Below are positions 30,127 through 41,403 of a DNA stretch of 64,000 nt, piece after piece. Position numbers and translations under genes: made by a program. The stretch's first letter is position 1. The number at the start of each line of letters is the position of its first letter. The stretch lies in the IMG/VR virus record IMGVR_UViG_3300047476_000577, positions 40,247-104,246 of that record; one strand, 5' to 3'. Source of the stretch: a virus. Below the pieces are notes generated by a model. That model was not told where the DNA came from. It worked only from the letters and a program-made list of their open reading frames with translations, and searched no databases.

Positions 30127-30714
30127 TTATTGAGGTACTACTAAAGTTTGCAATTCGCGAGGCACTGCATACACTAATTCAGGCTCCTTACTCCAGTCCG
30201 TAGGGCGTCCAAAAGATGTAGGAGTAATGTTTAGCTTGCGTAGACTCACGTGATCGATTAAGTAAAACCGATTGCCGTCCGAGCGCACAGTTGCCCACAA
30301 AAATAAACTCTTGTGCTTCTCTGCAATAGAGATATATTTTTCCTTACGCTTGAGCAGGTCAATGGTTCGATGCTTGTAAATGGGATAACCGGGCCCCCAA
30401 TTACGCTCTGACTTGGTCATAACATCGATCATATACTTGATATGGTCGAATTGATCAATTACCAAGATGTCGGGTAAGTGCTTTTTATCTGTGCCAGTGT
30501 TCAGGTAAGCATCATACTCTGCTTGTTCGTTTGTAATGCAACGAAATCCTTTGGCAGTAAAATGCTTGATTACAGGTTCGAAGCCGATGTCCTCGTAATA
30601 CTTGCGGCGATCTTCGTCAAACTTATTGTCACGCTCTCCGTGCGGCTTGACAAATTTATCTTCATTTAGCGACATTGCGATATCCTTTAATTCGCCAAAA
30701 CAGTTGCCAGGCAC
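30127..30714 (-). CDS. Hypothetical protein, possible PD-(D/E)xK nuclease fold
   Basis: PDILV...IDVMTK pattern. Confidence 0.4.
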   Translation of the reverse strand: MPGNCFGELKDIAMSLNEDKFVKPHGERDNKFDEDRRKYYEDIGFEPVIKHFTAKGFRCITNEQAEYDAYLNTGTDKKHLPDILVIDQFDHIKYMIDVMTKSERNWGPGYPIYKHRTIDLLKRKEKYISIAEKHKSLFLWATVRSDGNRFYLIDHVSLRKLNITPTSFGRPTDWSKEPELVYAVPRELQTLVVPQ

Positions 30715-30854
30715 GTGATTGCTTAGTACGATGCAAACTCTTTGTGCCGGTTAAAAATTTGTTGCCGATTAGTTTACCAAAGGGCTTTGCTTTGGGCTGT
30801 CCTTGCAGTAAACGTTCGGCAACACGTTCGTAGGTAGTCATTTTGAAGTACATA

Positions 30855-31262
30855 TTAGTTCTTGTACAAGATAGCTTTTTGGGGATAAGTCACGCCAGTA
30901 GTACTGTAGAACAGTACACGATTTCCTTCTACTTCGTACTCGACATAGGTATAGTGCTTGTCTACCATCCGAGTGGTCTTACCGCTACGCTCGGAAACAC
31001 TGTAACCTTCTGCAACAAATCCAATGAACTTGCCTTCTACTTTGGTGTTAGCATACTCTTTGTAAGTGCCGGTGTTCCAGCTGATTGCAGCCGCAATACC
31101 TACAGGAATAGCAAAGAGTACAAACACCTTGTACATATTCCATTCGTCATCGTTGTTAATCAGCATCAGGATAAAGATTGCAATCGCAAATGTCAGTACA
31201 ATGTAAAAACCAGCGTGGTTGTTGATAGTATCAACTGGAGCCAACGGTGCAAAAGTGTACAT
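30855..31262 (-). CDS. Membrane protein
   Basis: Two hydrophobic segments. Confidence 0.6.
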   Translation of the reverse strand: MYTFAPLAPVDTINNHAGFYIVLTFAIAIFILMLINNDDEWNMYKVFVLFAIPVGIAAAISWNTGTYKEYANTKVEGKFIGFVAEGYSVSERSGKTTRMVDKHYTYVEYEVEGNRVLFYSTTGVTYPQKAILYKN

Positions 31263-31278
31263 ACCTTTTCCTGTATTG

Positions 31279-31304
31279 TTTAACGCAATACAAGTATTAT
31301 AGCA
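31279..31304. repeat. 26-bp direct repeat covering a -10 box and leader (second copy about 33660..33685)
   Basis: ttaacgcaatacaagtattatagcac in both places; contains TATAAT on the minus strand. Confidence 0.7.
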
Positions 31305-32315
31305 CCAAACGAATTTAGGATCAAATTCGGTGCATATATTCTTTCTTAATACTATCGTATACTTGTAATACTATAGTTACATCAATGTGCATACGCCTTG
31401 CAATCTCATCTGGACTACAGCCTCGCTGAACAAACTCTTTAATTTCCAGATAGACGCTGTTCATTCTTCCCATTTAGGGCTCCTTGTAGATCTACTCCTT
31501 TAGCCACTCTAAAAGTTTTTTAGGATCTACTACACTAATAACGTCTTGAGGCGGTAGTTCGTTGACTTCATATGTAACAATTTCCCAGTCATCGAAGCTG
31601 GCGTGACTCGAAATTCGTTTCATTGCTTCACGAACCATAGTCAAATGGCTACGCAGTTTTCCTAATGTATCCCAAGTCTTGCCCGTTTTAGACCAAGACG
31701 AGCTATTGTAGCTATAAACTACATCGGTGCTGCCTTTACTGTACAGCCCTGTCTTCTTGTTTCTAATTTTATAGAACTGCTGAGTCATATTGGCGTTTTC
31801 TTTCTAGGATAAGGTTGTGCTTGTAGCTTAACCATAAAGAACTCTTCCATATCTACATTGTAGCCGCAGGTGTCGTATAGATCTGCAAACCTATTTTTAA
31901 CAAACTTAACTGTACCGTTTTGTTCTTGCCAAATCCTATCGCTCGACTGTGTGAGTTTGAAACCACCTGCACTTCCGACCATAGAGTCGCTATTGCTTAC
32001 ATCGCAGACGGAATAATAGCGATTGGCATAAACCCCGGAATCGAGCATTGCTCGGCACACTTCGTAGTAATAGTTAACCATCACTCGCCTTTAATTACAT
32101 CGAATAAGGTACCATACTCGTACCTTGCCCAATCATCCATATCTACATATGTATTAATTTTACGGCGATACACGGTTTCGAGCCAAACTCGTTCACCGTG
32201 TATCTTCACTGGACGCCAAGCGAACCACGGCTTCCAAGGCAATACTTCTACCTTTCGATAGACATTGCCTATAGGAGCCTTGTTGTAGTTCATTCTGCCC
32301 GGATCAAGGATTTCC

Positions 32316-33236
32316 TTAAGCCGCCTCCATATAGTTGCGTACCCAAGCTAAACGAGCTTGCTCGTCCATAGCAGTGTATTCAACAATGTTAGCACGAATA
32401 GCATCCACTAGTGGATAATATTCTTCGTCAAGGTTACGCTTGATGTCGTTGTTCAAGTCTACTAGCTTGTCTGTACGTGGATTGCGAGCAACCCACTTAG
32501 AAGTCAAGTAGTATGGGCTTTTGATTTTAGAAGAAACGTTAGTTTCTGTGTAAAACACAAAGCCTTCGTGCTTAACTTCCTTAACAGCCACTTGCAGTTC
32601 TGCAATAGTCATATGATAGGATTCTGCAAAGAAACACTTTAGGTCATCCTCTGCAAAAAACTTCCAAACAATTTCAGAACCAAAGCCGTGAACTTTAGAC
32701 TCCCAAGAGTTCTCACGCCAACCTAGGAAATACATACCAGGCTTTTCAACCACGATATGAGGATCGTTAGGATGTACACACTCAAACATCAAGGTATAGC
32801 CTTCTGCCCCACGCACTGCAAATTGCCAGTCGATCCAGGATTGATGTGTTAGCATCATTTCCTTTGCCATAGCAACATACGGGCTGTCGGTAGAACCAGT
32901 TGTAGACACAAGGATGTCTCCGTTGTACCAAGTCATAGCAACCATAAAGCCATTGACTTTACGATATGCAGTTACTTTGGTTTCGTCTGCTAGAACAGGT
33001 GCTTGCTTTTCGATGCCGTAGTTGTATACCTTAGTGAAAGGGCGTGACACTACATTAAAGTTTGCGTCAACAATAGTGCCACGGCATTCTTCCAAATACT
33101 CGTTCCACAGGTTGTCGAAAAATACCTTCTTCTTGTACTTCAACACAAAGATGCCCTCGCCAGCAGGACGCATTGACACTAGCTTAGGGTTGTCTTCTAC
33201 AAACTTCTTCAATTCGTCTTTGTTCATTTTATTCAC
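32316..33236 (-). CDS. RNA ligase (T4 Rnl1-like)
   Basis: ECRG, motif I RKVNG, FECV, EGFV, KIKS. Confidence 0.85.
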   Translation of the reverse strand: MNKMNKDELKKFVEDNPKLVSMRPAGEGIFVLKYKKKVFFDNLWNEYLEECRGTIVDANFNVVSRPFTKVYNYGIEKQAPVLADETKVTAYRKVNGFMVAMTWYNGDILVSTTGSTDSPYVAMAKEMMLTHQSWIDWQFAVRGAEGYTLMFECVHPNDPHIVVEKPGMYFLGWRENSWESKVHGFGSEIVWKFFAEDDLKCFFAESYHMTIAELQVAVKEVKHEGFVFYTETNVSSKIKSPYYLTSKWVARNPRTDKLVDLNNDIKRNLDEEYYPLVDAIRANIVEYTAMDEQARLAWVRNYMEAA

Positions 33237-33648
33237 CTAGAATCAATTTACCGTCGATGTCTTCGTCGTTAGTCCAAACTACACGCTTGAGACCAAAACT
33301 TGCGATAGCACGTGCACAGCCTTGACAAGGTTTAGCGAGGCCGTATACAGGATTACCTTCGCGATCCTGCTTAACACGAGTCACATACAAAGTAGCATTA
33401 GCAAGACGCTTGGGATCAATCTTTTTAACAGCCTTTGCAATAGCATCAATTTCTGCGTGGATGTGAATTGCCTGGTAATGCTTGGCAAACTTTGCTTGCA
33501 AAGGATGAGTTTTAACTTGATTGGTACCAATCGAAATCAGCTCATTCTTAATAACAATACCAGCCGCAATGCGAGCACGGAACACAGGCGCTACATCTTC
33601 TGCAACACGAGCTAGCAGTTCCGTAAACTTCAAATCCTTACGCGACAT
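33229..33648 (-). CDS. Cytidine/deoxycytidylate deaminase-fold protein
   Basis: HAEIDAI and PCQGC zinc motifs. Confidence 0.85.
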   Translation of the reverse strand: MSRKDLKFTELLARVAEDVAPVFRARIAAGIVIKNELISIGTNQVKTHPLQAKFAKHYQAIHIHAEIDAIAKAVKKIDPKRLANATLYVTRVKQDREGNPVYGLAKPCQGCARAIASFGLKRVVWTNDEDIDGKLILGE

Positions 33649-34050
33649 TGTGTTCCTTGTTAACGCAATACAAGTATTATAGCACTTTTGGATTTATTGA
33701 GCAAATTACTTGTAAAGTGCCGCCATCATAAGTAGCATTTCAAGTTCTTCTATATTACTGTTAATTTTAGTTAACATTTCTTGGTACTGCACAATAGTAG
33801 ATGTTAACTGCCTTCTACGCCTTGCTTCTATTTCCATATTAGCAAGAATCTTGACGTCATTGTGTATATTTTGCAACACTTTTGACAGTCTAGGGTCTTG
33901 TGTAGCACTGCGCCCTATTTTGCGTAACTGTGTACTAACATCTGACCAATCTAAGCTAGAATTTATTTGCATTGTGCAATTATACTACAGATCGATTTTT
34001 CAGTCAAAAATAAGCCCCGCTACGCAGGGCTTATTTGTACTACTTGCGTA

Positions 34051-35100
34051 TTACACGTTTTCGATACCGTTTAGCTTCCACTCTTTGCCAAACTTTTCGT
34101 AATGCCAGACTTGGTTAACTTCTGCACCATCGTCTTCGAACTTGTACCAAATGCTGAACTCGGTTGCATTAGCAAGACGCACTTCGTGGCTTACATTGTG
34201 TAGATTTAGAGTGCTAGCAGTCAGACCGTTAGTAAGCTCGTCTACAATATCCGGGCCAAGTAGAACCTTAAGCTCAGTTACATCTGCTTCGGCGAAGGCA
34301 CGTTGAATGCGCCAGAATTGTTGAGTAGGGTTAAAAGGTTGAGTACTCACACCACGTTCCTTGTTAATAAAATTACGAACCAGTTGAAAGCCTTTGTAGA
34401 ACAGCCAAGCTACACCTAGTAGGATAGCAACAACAAAAACAAATCCAATAATATCAGCGATAAAACTCCACACGGTATATTCCTTTTTAGCTACGGTGGT
34501 TACTCCACCTGGGTTAAATTGATTGTCACCTGCAACAGTGCCGGGACCAGTTGCGACAACTCCGTTAGATGTACTAGGAGTGCCATTGTTAATAACAGTA
34601 GTACCACTGCCGTGATTACTGTGTCCACCGAAACTATTAAACAGGGCATTGCCTACAATAGTTCCGCCCACTGCACCTAAGAATGAAGTGCCTAGCCCGC
34701 CGCCGCCGATACTAGGCGCAGGCGGTTGTTGATATCCATATTGGGGAGCAGGTGCATACTGCGGGCTTGTGCTAGGATTAGAGTACGTCCCAGAAGAAGT
34801 GCCAGTAGTACCTGTGCCTTTACTAGCCGCTACATCATTGCGAACACCGTTAGTGACTTCGCTTTTACGCACACCTACGCTAGAAGTAGTACTGCCGATG
34901 CCTCCTGGTTTACTTGGCGCCGGAGCAACACTAGGCTTGCTAGGAGCAGAATAAGAGCTAGATTTGCTAGGAGCAGAACGGCTAACACTTGAGCTAGATC
35001 GTCCGCCTCCTCCACTACGGCCGATGCTGGCGGCATCAGCAACAGTAGCAAACATAAATGCACTAGCAGCCACTGCCGCCATTAGTTTAGAGATTTTCAT
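34051..35100 (-). CDS. Signal-peptide, Gly/Ser-rich membrane protein with Tim44-like C-terminus
   Basis: Signal peptide, low-complexity region, TM helix, F.RIQ.AF...VWH. Confidence 0.65.
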   Translation of the reverse strand: MKISKLMAAVAASAFMFATVADAASIGRSGGGGRSSSSVSRSAPSKSSSYSAPSKPSVAPAPSKPGGIGSTTSSVGVRKSEVTNGVRNDVAASKGTGTTGTSSGTYSNPSTSPQYAPAPQYGYQQPPAPSIGGGGLGTSFLGAVGGTIVGNALFNSFGGHSNHGSGTTVINNGTPSTSNGVVATGPGTVAGDNQFNPGGVTTVAKKEYTVWSFIADIIGFVFVVAILLGVAWLFYKGFQLVRNFINKERGVSTQPFNPTQQFWRIQRAFAEADVTELKVLLGPDIVDELTNGLTASTLNLHNVSHEVRLANATEFSIWYKFEDDGAEVNQVWHYEKFGKEWKLNGIENV

Positions 35101-35302
35101 AAAAGTTCCTTATACTTCGTTGTAGAACACTAGGGCACGTTCTGCACGATGGTAGTATTCGGCTTCCTCTGCGTCAAGGTCGATGTCTCGGTAATAACGT
35201 TCCTTGAGTTCGACTTCTGCGGCAGTAATTAGTTTTTCTAGATCCTCGTTGCTGAGTTGATCCAGGGCCTCAGTGATGTTGTAGGTACTCATACCGTCCT
35301 TT

Positions 35303-35770
35303 TTAACTGTTAAGAGCTAAATTATACACGTAATCTAATTTCTTGTCAAATTCCGTTCCGTCTAGTGCTTGTAACAGTTGACCATTTGGAACCATATTTT
35401 CGTCATAGCCTTCTAAGCACATAGCAAAGTAACTAGGAGCAGGCGGAGCGTCAGGGTTACCCGGCTGCATTGTGTAAATTATAGCATCTACTACACCGCT
35501 TTCAGTAAGAACTTGAGCATAGGTTCTATCATAATAATACGGATACCCTTCTAGCATATCTAAACTATGCAAGCAAGAATCTGTAATTTCCCATAGTACG
35601 CCGTCTACATACGAATCCATTAAAGGTTTAACATCTGCGTGAGTTGCAAACCTAAAGTCGTAATCTAGCAGACGTGCGTAACCTAAGTTAACAGCGGCGG
35701 GGCACCTAGATGCCATACTGCTGATGTTAGTATTCATTCCGTAGGCGAAATAGTAGTGCTTATTCATCAC
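35303..35770 (-). CDS. Gamma-glutamylcyclotransferase-family protein
   Basis: [20 protein letters not shown]. Confidence 0.85.
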   Translation of the reverse strand: MMNKHYYFAYGMNTNISSMASRCPAAVNLGYARLLDYDFRFATHADVKPLMDSYVDGVLWEITDSCLHSLDMLEGYPYYYDRTYAQVLTESGVVDAIIYTMQPGNPDAPPAPSYFAMCLEGYDENMVPNGQLLQALDGTEFDKKLDYVYNLALNS

Positions 35771-36387
35771 TTGTGCTTAGTAATAACTTCGTCAGCCAAA
35801 CCAAATGCTACTGCTTCCTCTGCACTTAGGAAGGTGTCGAACTTCATTTGCTCGAACAGTTCTTCGTAAGTTTTACCAGCAGTATTGTGCTTGACATAGA
35901 GTTGGGTAAGACGCTCGTTAATGCGTTGGCTTTCTTCAAAGCTACGTTTTGCATCTTCGAACTGTAGCTCTTGTACGTGCACACTTCCACGAGTACCAGG
36001 AGTACCCGAGCTAACACGGTGGATCATTGTACGTGCTTCTGGTAGTACACCTCGCTTGCCTTTAGCGCCAGCCTGTGCAAGGAATGAACCCATACTGCAC
36101 GCCTGGCCGAGAACTACAGTTCGAACATCTGGTTTGATGTACTGCATTGTATCGTAAATTGCAAGACCCGCGGTAACAGCGCCGCCCGGGCTATTAATGA
36201 ACATTGTAATGTCTTGTTCTTTGCTTTCGCTTTCTAGGAATAGAAGCTGTGCAACAATTAGGTTAGCCATTTGATCGTGGACTTCACCTTCAAGTAGAAT
36301 AATTCGGTCTTTGAGCAGGCGACTGTAGATATCGTAACTACGCTCTCCGCGACCTGTTTGTTCTACTACGATTGGTACTAATGACAT
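35767..36387 (-). CDS. clpP: ATP-dependent Clp protease proteolytic subunit
   Basis: [31 protein letters not shown]. Confidence 0.95.
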   Translation of the reverse strand: MSLVPIVVEQTGRGERSYDIYSRLLKDRIILLEGEVHDQMANLIVAQLLFLESESKEQDITMFINSPGGAVTAGLAIYDTMQYIKPDVRTVVLGQACSMGSFLAQAGAKGKRGVLPEARTMIHRVSSGTPGTRGSVHVQELQFEDAKRSFEESQRINERLTQLYVKHNTAGKTYEELFEQMKFDTFLSAEEAVAFGLADEVITKHK

Positions 36388-36456
36388 TGTGTGTTTCCTT
36401 CTTAATTTAAGTTAAAGTATAAGTTAATTTAGTAGCTAAGTCAACTAAATATTTTT

Positions 36457-36858
36457 ATGGCAAGACGCATAACAAGACGATCATTTCAAAACGACACTTG
36501 GTTCAACACTAAATGGCGTCCTGCTATGGCCTGGACATATATGGCTATCTGTATTTTAGATTTTGCAGTGTTCCCTATACTATGGAGTTTATTGCAAGCA
36601 TACAAATCTGGGCAAGTTACAAGCCAATGGCTTCCTATTACATTGCAAGGTGCAGGCCTGTTTCATATGTCAATGGGTGCAATATTAGGTATCAGTGCTT
36701 GGACTCGAGGCAAGGAAAAAGAGATGATGTTAGCACAACCAATGAGCTCTGCTCAACCCTATGTTCCTCAGCCGCAGCCTGTAGTTCCGCAACCATTTAA
36801 ACCTCAAGCACCTGTAACAGTTGTGGGTTCTGCTCCAGAAGAATCACCAATCAGGTAA
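36457..36858 (+). CDS. Membrane protein (3TM-holin-like)
   Basis: KWRPAMAW, GAILGISAWTRGKEK. Confidence 0.55.
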   Translation: MARRITRRSFQNDTWFNTKWRPAMAWTYMAICILDFAVFPILWSLLQAYKSGQVTSQWLPITLQGAGLFHMSMGAILGISAWTRGKEKEMMLAQPMSSAQPYVPQPQPVVPQPFKPQAPVTVVGSAPEESPIR

Positions 36859-37319
36859 GTATCTTCTTCGTAGCCTAGCATATCTGCAAGATCCTTACTT
36901 AAGGTTTTATACCATCCATCCTTGGCATATAGCTTACCTGGCTGGCCACTAATCTCGCATACTCGTTTACTCATTTCCATAGCAACATCTAGCATATGGT
37001 CAATGATAGGATTCTTTCCAGTATAGTAAAACATAAGGTTGCCGCATTTTTCTAATATTGCAGTAATCTTGTATTGTTCTACCGGAGCATTACTGTACCT
37101 TCTGCTGTAGTCGATATACTTTTGTATAGAGGTCAAAGTACTATCGATTATATCATACCAGCCCCCACCGCATATAAAAGTTGTTACTTTCCTTGTGTAT
37201 TGGATATCATCAGAATCTCTGATGATTAGCAACTTAGGGTGTTTGGAAATTAGCAAATCAATTTGTTCCTGCGTAATGCGCTCGCTCATATCAACTCCAA
37301 GTCCGGTGGCGCTCTGCAA
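36804..37319 (-). CDS. Paralogue of 26261..26794
   Basis: GGGWYDIID, EKCGNLMFY, CEISG, GWYKTL. Confidence 0.65.
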   Translation of the reverse strand: MQSATGLGVDMSERITQEQIDLLISKHPKLLIIRDSDDIQYTRKVTTFICGGGWYDIIDSTLTSIQKYIDYSRRYSNAPVEQYKITAILEKCGNLMFYYTGKNPIIDHMLDVAMEMSKRVCEISGQPGKLYAKDGWYKTLSKDLADMLGYEEDTYLIGDSSGAEPTTVTGA

Positions 37320-37554
37320 TCCACTCTAGACCGTTATAGTTATGTATCTCCCAATCCACATCGTCGGGAATTTCTACTACCTTAAGCACACTTGACCAAC
37401 CACCTGCTTCGTCTTGTAGTTCCTCTACTACCTCTACTAACAAAGGATCATCTCGACCTGTAGGTTCTGTTCCGCCTTTAGCAATATAAAGTGCCACGGC
37501 ACGTTCGCTTAGTTCGAACATACCGGGGCAAGCGTTGATTACAATCTTAGTCAT
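37291..37554 (-). CDS. Conserved phage hypothetical protein
   Basis: KIVIN..G.F.LS, RDDPLL, VVEIPDDV, E.HRTW. Confidence 0.7.
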   Translation of the reverse strand: MTKIVINACPGMFELSERAVALYIAKGGTEPTGRDDPLLVEVVEELQDEAGGWSSVLKVVEIPDDVDWEIHNYNGLEWIAERHRTWS

Positions 37555-39608
37555 TAAAATTTAGAGTTGTAAGATACAAACAACATCGGTTGTAGCTTAG
37601 TACCTGCATTGTCGGACTGTACAGTAAAGTTAGTCTTAATCTGGCTCATTGCAGTAAGATTGCGACTGTATGACACGCTAGTTGCGTACTGACGATACGA
37701 GCTAGTAAGGCTAACCTTTTCTGTAGTTACTACTGGAGTAGCATCTGCACCTGAGTCAGTTACGTTAGCGTATGAGTAGCCAGTTACACCCGTTACAGTA
37801 GCAGTACCCTTAGTAATACGAGGCATCTCGGTTACTTGAAATGACACTGCATCCTTGTCATCGACGAAGCCTGCCTTGCTAAAACCTAGTGTCCAGCTTT
37901 GAGTTTTGATTGTGTCGAAACCAGTAATCATACTGTCAGCAGCCGCTTTGGCATTAGTTGTACCCATTGCAAGGCTACCAAACATAGTGTAAGAGCTATT
38001 GTCAACCGGCTTAGCAAGATGCACTGCGGTCCAGTTAGTTTGACTGTCGCCTAGTGCAAGGGCGCCAGCACCGCGACTGCCAAGAATAGCACCTGACTCA
38101 CGTGCAGTACCAGACTCTAGGCCCACGTACATATTGCCGTATTCTTTACCTAGGTTGTGACCAAAACGTGCGCCTGACATATTGGTGCTAGTGTACATTG
38201 CACCAATTACACCGGTGTAACCAAAATCAACATAGTTGAGTTTAGTTGCGCTCAGGCCCGAGTATGCGCTAACAGGCATATAGTTCATCATAGTAGGCAT
38301 CATACCGTTAGTCATATTAACAGTAAAGTTACGGCCCATACTGTCAACAACTTGTGCGTTTTGCATCACTGCACTGCCGCTAAAACTTTGCTTGGTCAGT
38401 ACGCTACCAGTCATACCGGTCGAGCTAAGTTGCACAGGGCCGGCTGCGATTGCAGTGGTGCTAGTGCTGGTAATTTTAGCAAGAGTCAGTGCGCCGATTG
38501 GCTTAGTAGCGGCATCTAAGTTCATCAAACCGTTACCGTATACAGCATCTACACCGGGTGCGCCCAGATCAGTTGCAGTCTTGAGCAACACTTGCACAAT
38601 CTGCTCTGGCTTTAGAGTGGGCCAGGCCTGCTTGATAACAGCAACACCGCCGCTAACAAAGGCAGCACTTGCACTGGTACCGATGTCTTGTGCAATCATT
38701 GTCTTGGTTGCATTGGTAGAGCTAGTGTAGTTGGCATTGGCGCCCCATACAAGGCTACCGCCAGGTGCAACAAGGAAGTAATCTTGAATCTTTACAGTAT
38801 CCTTACACACGCCGCCTGCAAAGTTTTGGCAAATATCGCCTGCTCGGTTAGAGAAGCTAACAATAACATTGTTCTTGTCTACTGCACCAACAATAACAGC
38901 ACGACCGCCTAGCAGTAGATTGCCGTTAGCGTCAACCATCTTAGCCATATTAGCAGGGCTAGTAGGAACAGGGTTGCCGTCATTACCTGCCGCCATAACA
39001 ACAATAGAGCCTTTGCTCACTGCATATTGCAAGCTGGGCATCAGTTGCGTGTCTGCATAAGGATCCTTGACGCCGGTTTTACGAACATACGTGTCGTTAC
39101 CAATATTTGTGTAGTAAGATGCAAACTGTGCCTTAGTTTCGCGTGTGCCTAGGCTAAGGTTGATAACATCTGCACGATTGTCAGCGTTCCAGACAATGCC
39201 TTTAGCAATATCGCTAAAGAACAGCAAACCATACGAGCCGCCGGCATAGGCCATAACGCTAGCATCGTATGCTACACCCTGTACACCGACTCCGTTCTTC
39301 GCACCTGCCGCCATACTAATCATTGCAGTACCGTGCCCGCGATTGACGTCGGTAATTGTCAAGCCCGAGTATCCTTTGCTAAGGATAACATTCTTAAGGT
39401 CAGGGTGCTTCAAATCTGCGCCAGTGTCAACAAAGCCAACCCGAATACCTGCACCGGTAAATCCGCGGCTGTAAGCACTGTATGCACCAATCTGTGTTAG
39501 TGCTTGTTTATTAGCTTCCGCTTCTGTAGGCGCTGTTTGAGCGTATGCAACATTAGCCAAAAATACTGCGGCAGCAACGGAATTTAGTGTAAATTTGCGG
39601 TAGAGCAA
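37554..39608 (-). CDS. Secreted subtilisin-like (S8) serine protease with beta-rich C-terminus
   Basis: Signal peptide; DTG, HGT, AAGN, GTS catalytic motifs; terminal Phe. Confidence 0.9.
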   Translation of the reverse strand: MLYRKFTLNSVAAAVFLANVAYAQTAPTEAEANKQALTQIGAYSAYSRGFTGAGIRVGFVDTGADLKHPDLKNVILSKGYSGLTITDVNRGHGTAMISMAAGAKNGVGVQGVAYDASVMAYAGGSYGLLFFSDIAKGIVWNADNRADVINLSLGTRETKAQFASYYTNIGNDTYVRKTGVKDPYADTQLMPSLQYAVSKGSIVVMAAGNDGNPVPTSPANMAKMVDANGNLLLGGRAVIVGAVDKNNVIVSFSNRAGDICQNFAGGVCKDTVKIQDYFLVAPGGSLVWGANANYTSSTNATKTMIAQDIGTSASAAFVSGGVAVIKQAWPTLKPEQIVQVLLKTATDLGAPGVDAVYGNGLMNLDAATKPIGALTLAKITSTSTTAIAAGPVQLSSTGMTGSVLTKQSFSGSAVMQNAQVVDSMGRNFTVNMTNGMMPTMMNYMPVSAYSGLSATKLNYVDFGYTGVIGAMYTSTNMSGARFGHNLGKEYGNMYVGLESGTARESGAILGSRGAGALALGDSQTNWTAVHLAKPVDNSSYTMFGSLAMGTTNAKAAADSMITGFDTIKTQSWTLGFSKAGFVDDKDAVSFQVTEMPRITKGTATVTGVTGYSYANVTDSGADATPVVTTEKVSLTSSYRQYATSVSYSRNLTAMSQIKTNFTVQSDNAGTKLQPMLFVSYNSKF

Positions 39609-39649
39609 TTCGGACTCCTTTTAACTAAGATAAGTAAGTATAGCAAAGA

Positions 39650-40276
39650 ATGAATTATTTGTCAAATTCCGAAATTATGAAAAATTACAACTTTTTAGTA
39701 CATCCGCATATGGGCTCTTTTATGAGAGTTATTAACGAAATATGGGAAGTATATGGAAAACCATCTTACATTGAGCAAGTTAAAGCGGCAGGTGAATCTA
39801 AGCACAAACTAGTTAACTTAGACCCTGTGCACATAGAAAACACCGATCTAGGTAAATGGCTATTAGCTATTATAGGAGAAATAGAAAATTGTAAGTTTTT
39901 CATCTGTGCACCTAATTCTTGGGGAGAAGTACACATTGACGGAGGCAACCCTCCTAGAAATTGTGCAATTAACATTCCGATTTATAATTGCGAACGAGGA
40001 TTAATGAACTGGTTTAGTAATGAACCAGAAGATCACAAATTTATTAGCAATGAAAACACTAAAGTTCATTCTACAAATAAAAATAGAGAGATAGGCTTTT
40101 GGGTTTCGGAAGAGCAAATGATTTTAACACAGCCTGCACTAGTCAGAACAAATAACTGGCATAATGTTGATAATCGAGATAATAAAAAACACAGGGTAGT
40201 CTTTAGTTTTAGATTTAAAGACAACCCTGAGTTTGATACAGTAAAAGAAAAATTAGCTAGATTTCTTTGCAATTAA
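39650..40276 (+). CDS. Cupin/2OG-Fe(II) oxygenase-like protein
   Basis: HIDG, AINIPI, WHNV, RVVFSFRF. Confidence 0.7.
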   Translation: MNYLSNSEIMKNYNFLVHPHMGSFMRVINEIWEVYGKPSYIEQVKAAGESKHKLVNLDPVHIENTDLGKWLLAIIGEIENCKFFICAPNSWGEVHIDGGNPPRNCAINIPIYNCERGLMNWFSNEPEDHKFISNENTKVHSTNKNREIGFWVSEEQMILTQPALVRTNNWHNVDNRDNKKHRVVFSFRFKDNPEFDTVKEKLARFLCN

Positions 40277-40513
40277 AGTAAGCAAGAACTCTGCGGTGTT
40301 TGAGATAGTACCTAAGCCTTCTACTTTACCTTCAGGCATATCGAAGTTGTATAATTCTTGAACTTCAACTAGCACTTCCATTAAGTCCAGACTGTCGAAG
40401 TCCAAGTCATCCACTAAGTGGCTAGCTGGAGTTACTTCTCCGTCGTAGCGCAGGATATCTTTAATTACTTTAATGATTGCAGTTTCTAGTTCTTGTTTAG
40501 TTGGTAGAGACAT
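40253..40513 (-). CDS. Acyl carrier protein
   Basis: DLDFDSLDLME phosphopantetheine site; acidic. Confidence 0.9.
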   Translation of the reverse strand: MSLPTKQELETAIIKVIKDILRYDGEVTPASHLVDDLDFDSLDLMEVLVEVQELYNFDMPEGKVEGLGTISNTAEFLLTLIAKKSS

Positions 40514-41345
40514 TTTGTTTCCTTTTGCGATATAAGTCTAATAAGTCTAATAAGTATGATGGGTTTACTACAAGTAGTGTAGCAAATATTTGTACTCCAG
40601 TCAAATCAAATTGCCACCATCTTTCACCGAAGTACCATTTCCACGGTGCACGATGGTGATTCAAGTGCCAACCTTCGCCTCCGTCAATTAATGCTAATAG
40701 CGGAACGTTCCTGCTAGCATCTTTAGTAATGCGCTCTGAAGTAGGGAATATCCACCACGGAGAATTGTGTGCAAGACTGTTAACAGCAAACGCATTCATC
40801 TGAGCTAAGAATGAGCCGCCTAACCATATGCCTACATAGAGGGGATTGATGTAAAACAATACAAAGAATAGTGTTGCATTTATAACCCAATAATAATCAA
40901 ACAATCCACGTAACCATTTATCTTTATACAAGTCTAACACATATCTAAGATCCGGAGTGTAATTGTAACTCATAAATTGTACCCATAATCTGCCCTTGTA
41001 TATAGGACTATGTGGATCCTTGTCAGTATCACTGTGATGGTGATGCTGTCTATGTACTGCAACCCAAGCAATTACAGGGCCGTGAAGCGCAAAAGTAGAT
41101 AGCAACGAAATATACTTTTTAAACCAACTTGGTGCCGGCCAAGAATTGTGGGAAAACAATCTGTGATTACCGGCAATAATTGCAAAGCCGAACACAAACA
41201 TCAAGTGGAAAGAATACCAAAAGTTTGCAGAATCTTGTAGGGTTAAACCTAATAGCACAACCCCGCCTATAACAAATAGCACAGTTAGGAGAATAGGGTC
41301 GATGTGGTGGCGCTTGTACCTAAGTATTTTTAAGAGTTTTCTCAT
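40497..41345 (-). CDS. Fatty-acid desaturase
   Basis: HRLFSH, HRQHH, GEGWHLNHH; directly upstream of the ACP gene. Confidence 0.9.
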   Translation of the reverse strand: MRKLLKILRYKRHHIDPILLTVLFVIGGVVLLGLTLQDSANFWYSFHLMFVFGFAIIAGNHRLFSHNSWPAPSWFKKYISLLSTFALHGPVIAWVAVHRQHHHHSDTDKDPHSPIYKGRLWVQFMSYNYTPDLRYVLDLYKDKWLRGLFDYYWVINATLFFVLFYINPLYVGIWLGGSFLAQMNAFAVNSLAHNSPWWIFPTSERITKDASRNVPLLALIDGGEGWHLNHHRAPWKWYFGERWWQFDLTGVQIFATLLVVNPSYLLDLLDLYRKRKQNVSTN

Positions 41346-41403
41346 ATAACAGTATTTAATTAATAGTCCAGAATACTTAAATATAGTATAACAGGAGGCT
41401 TCT

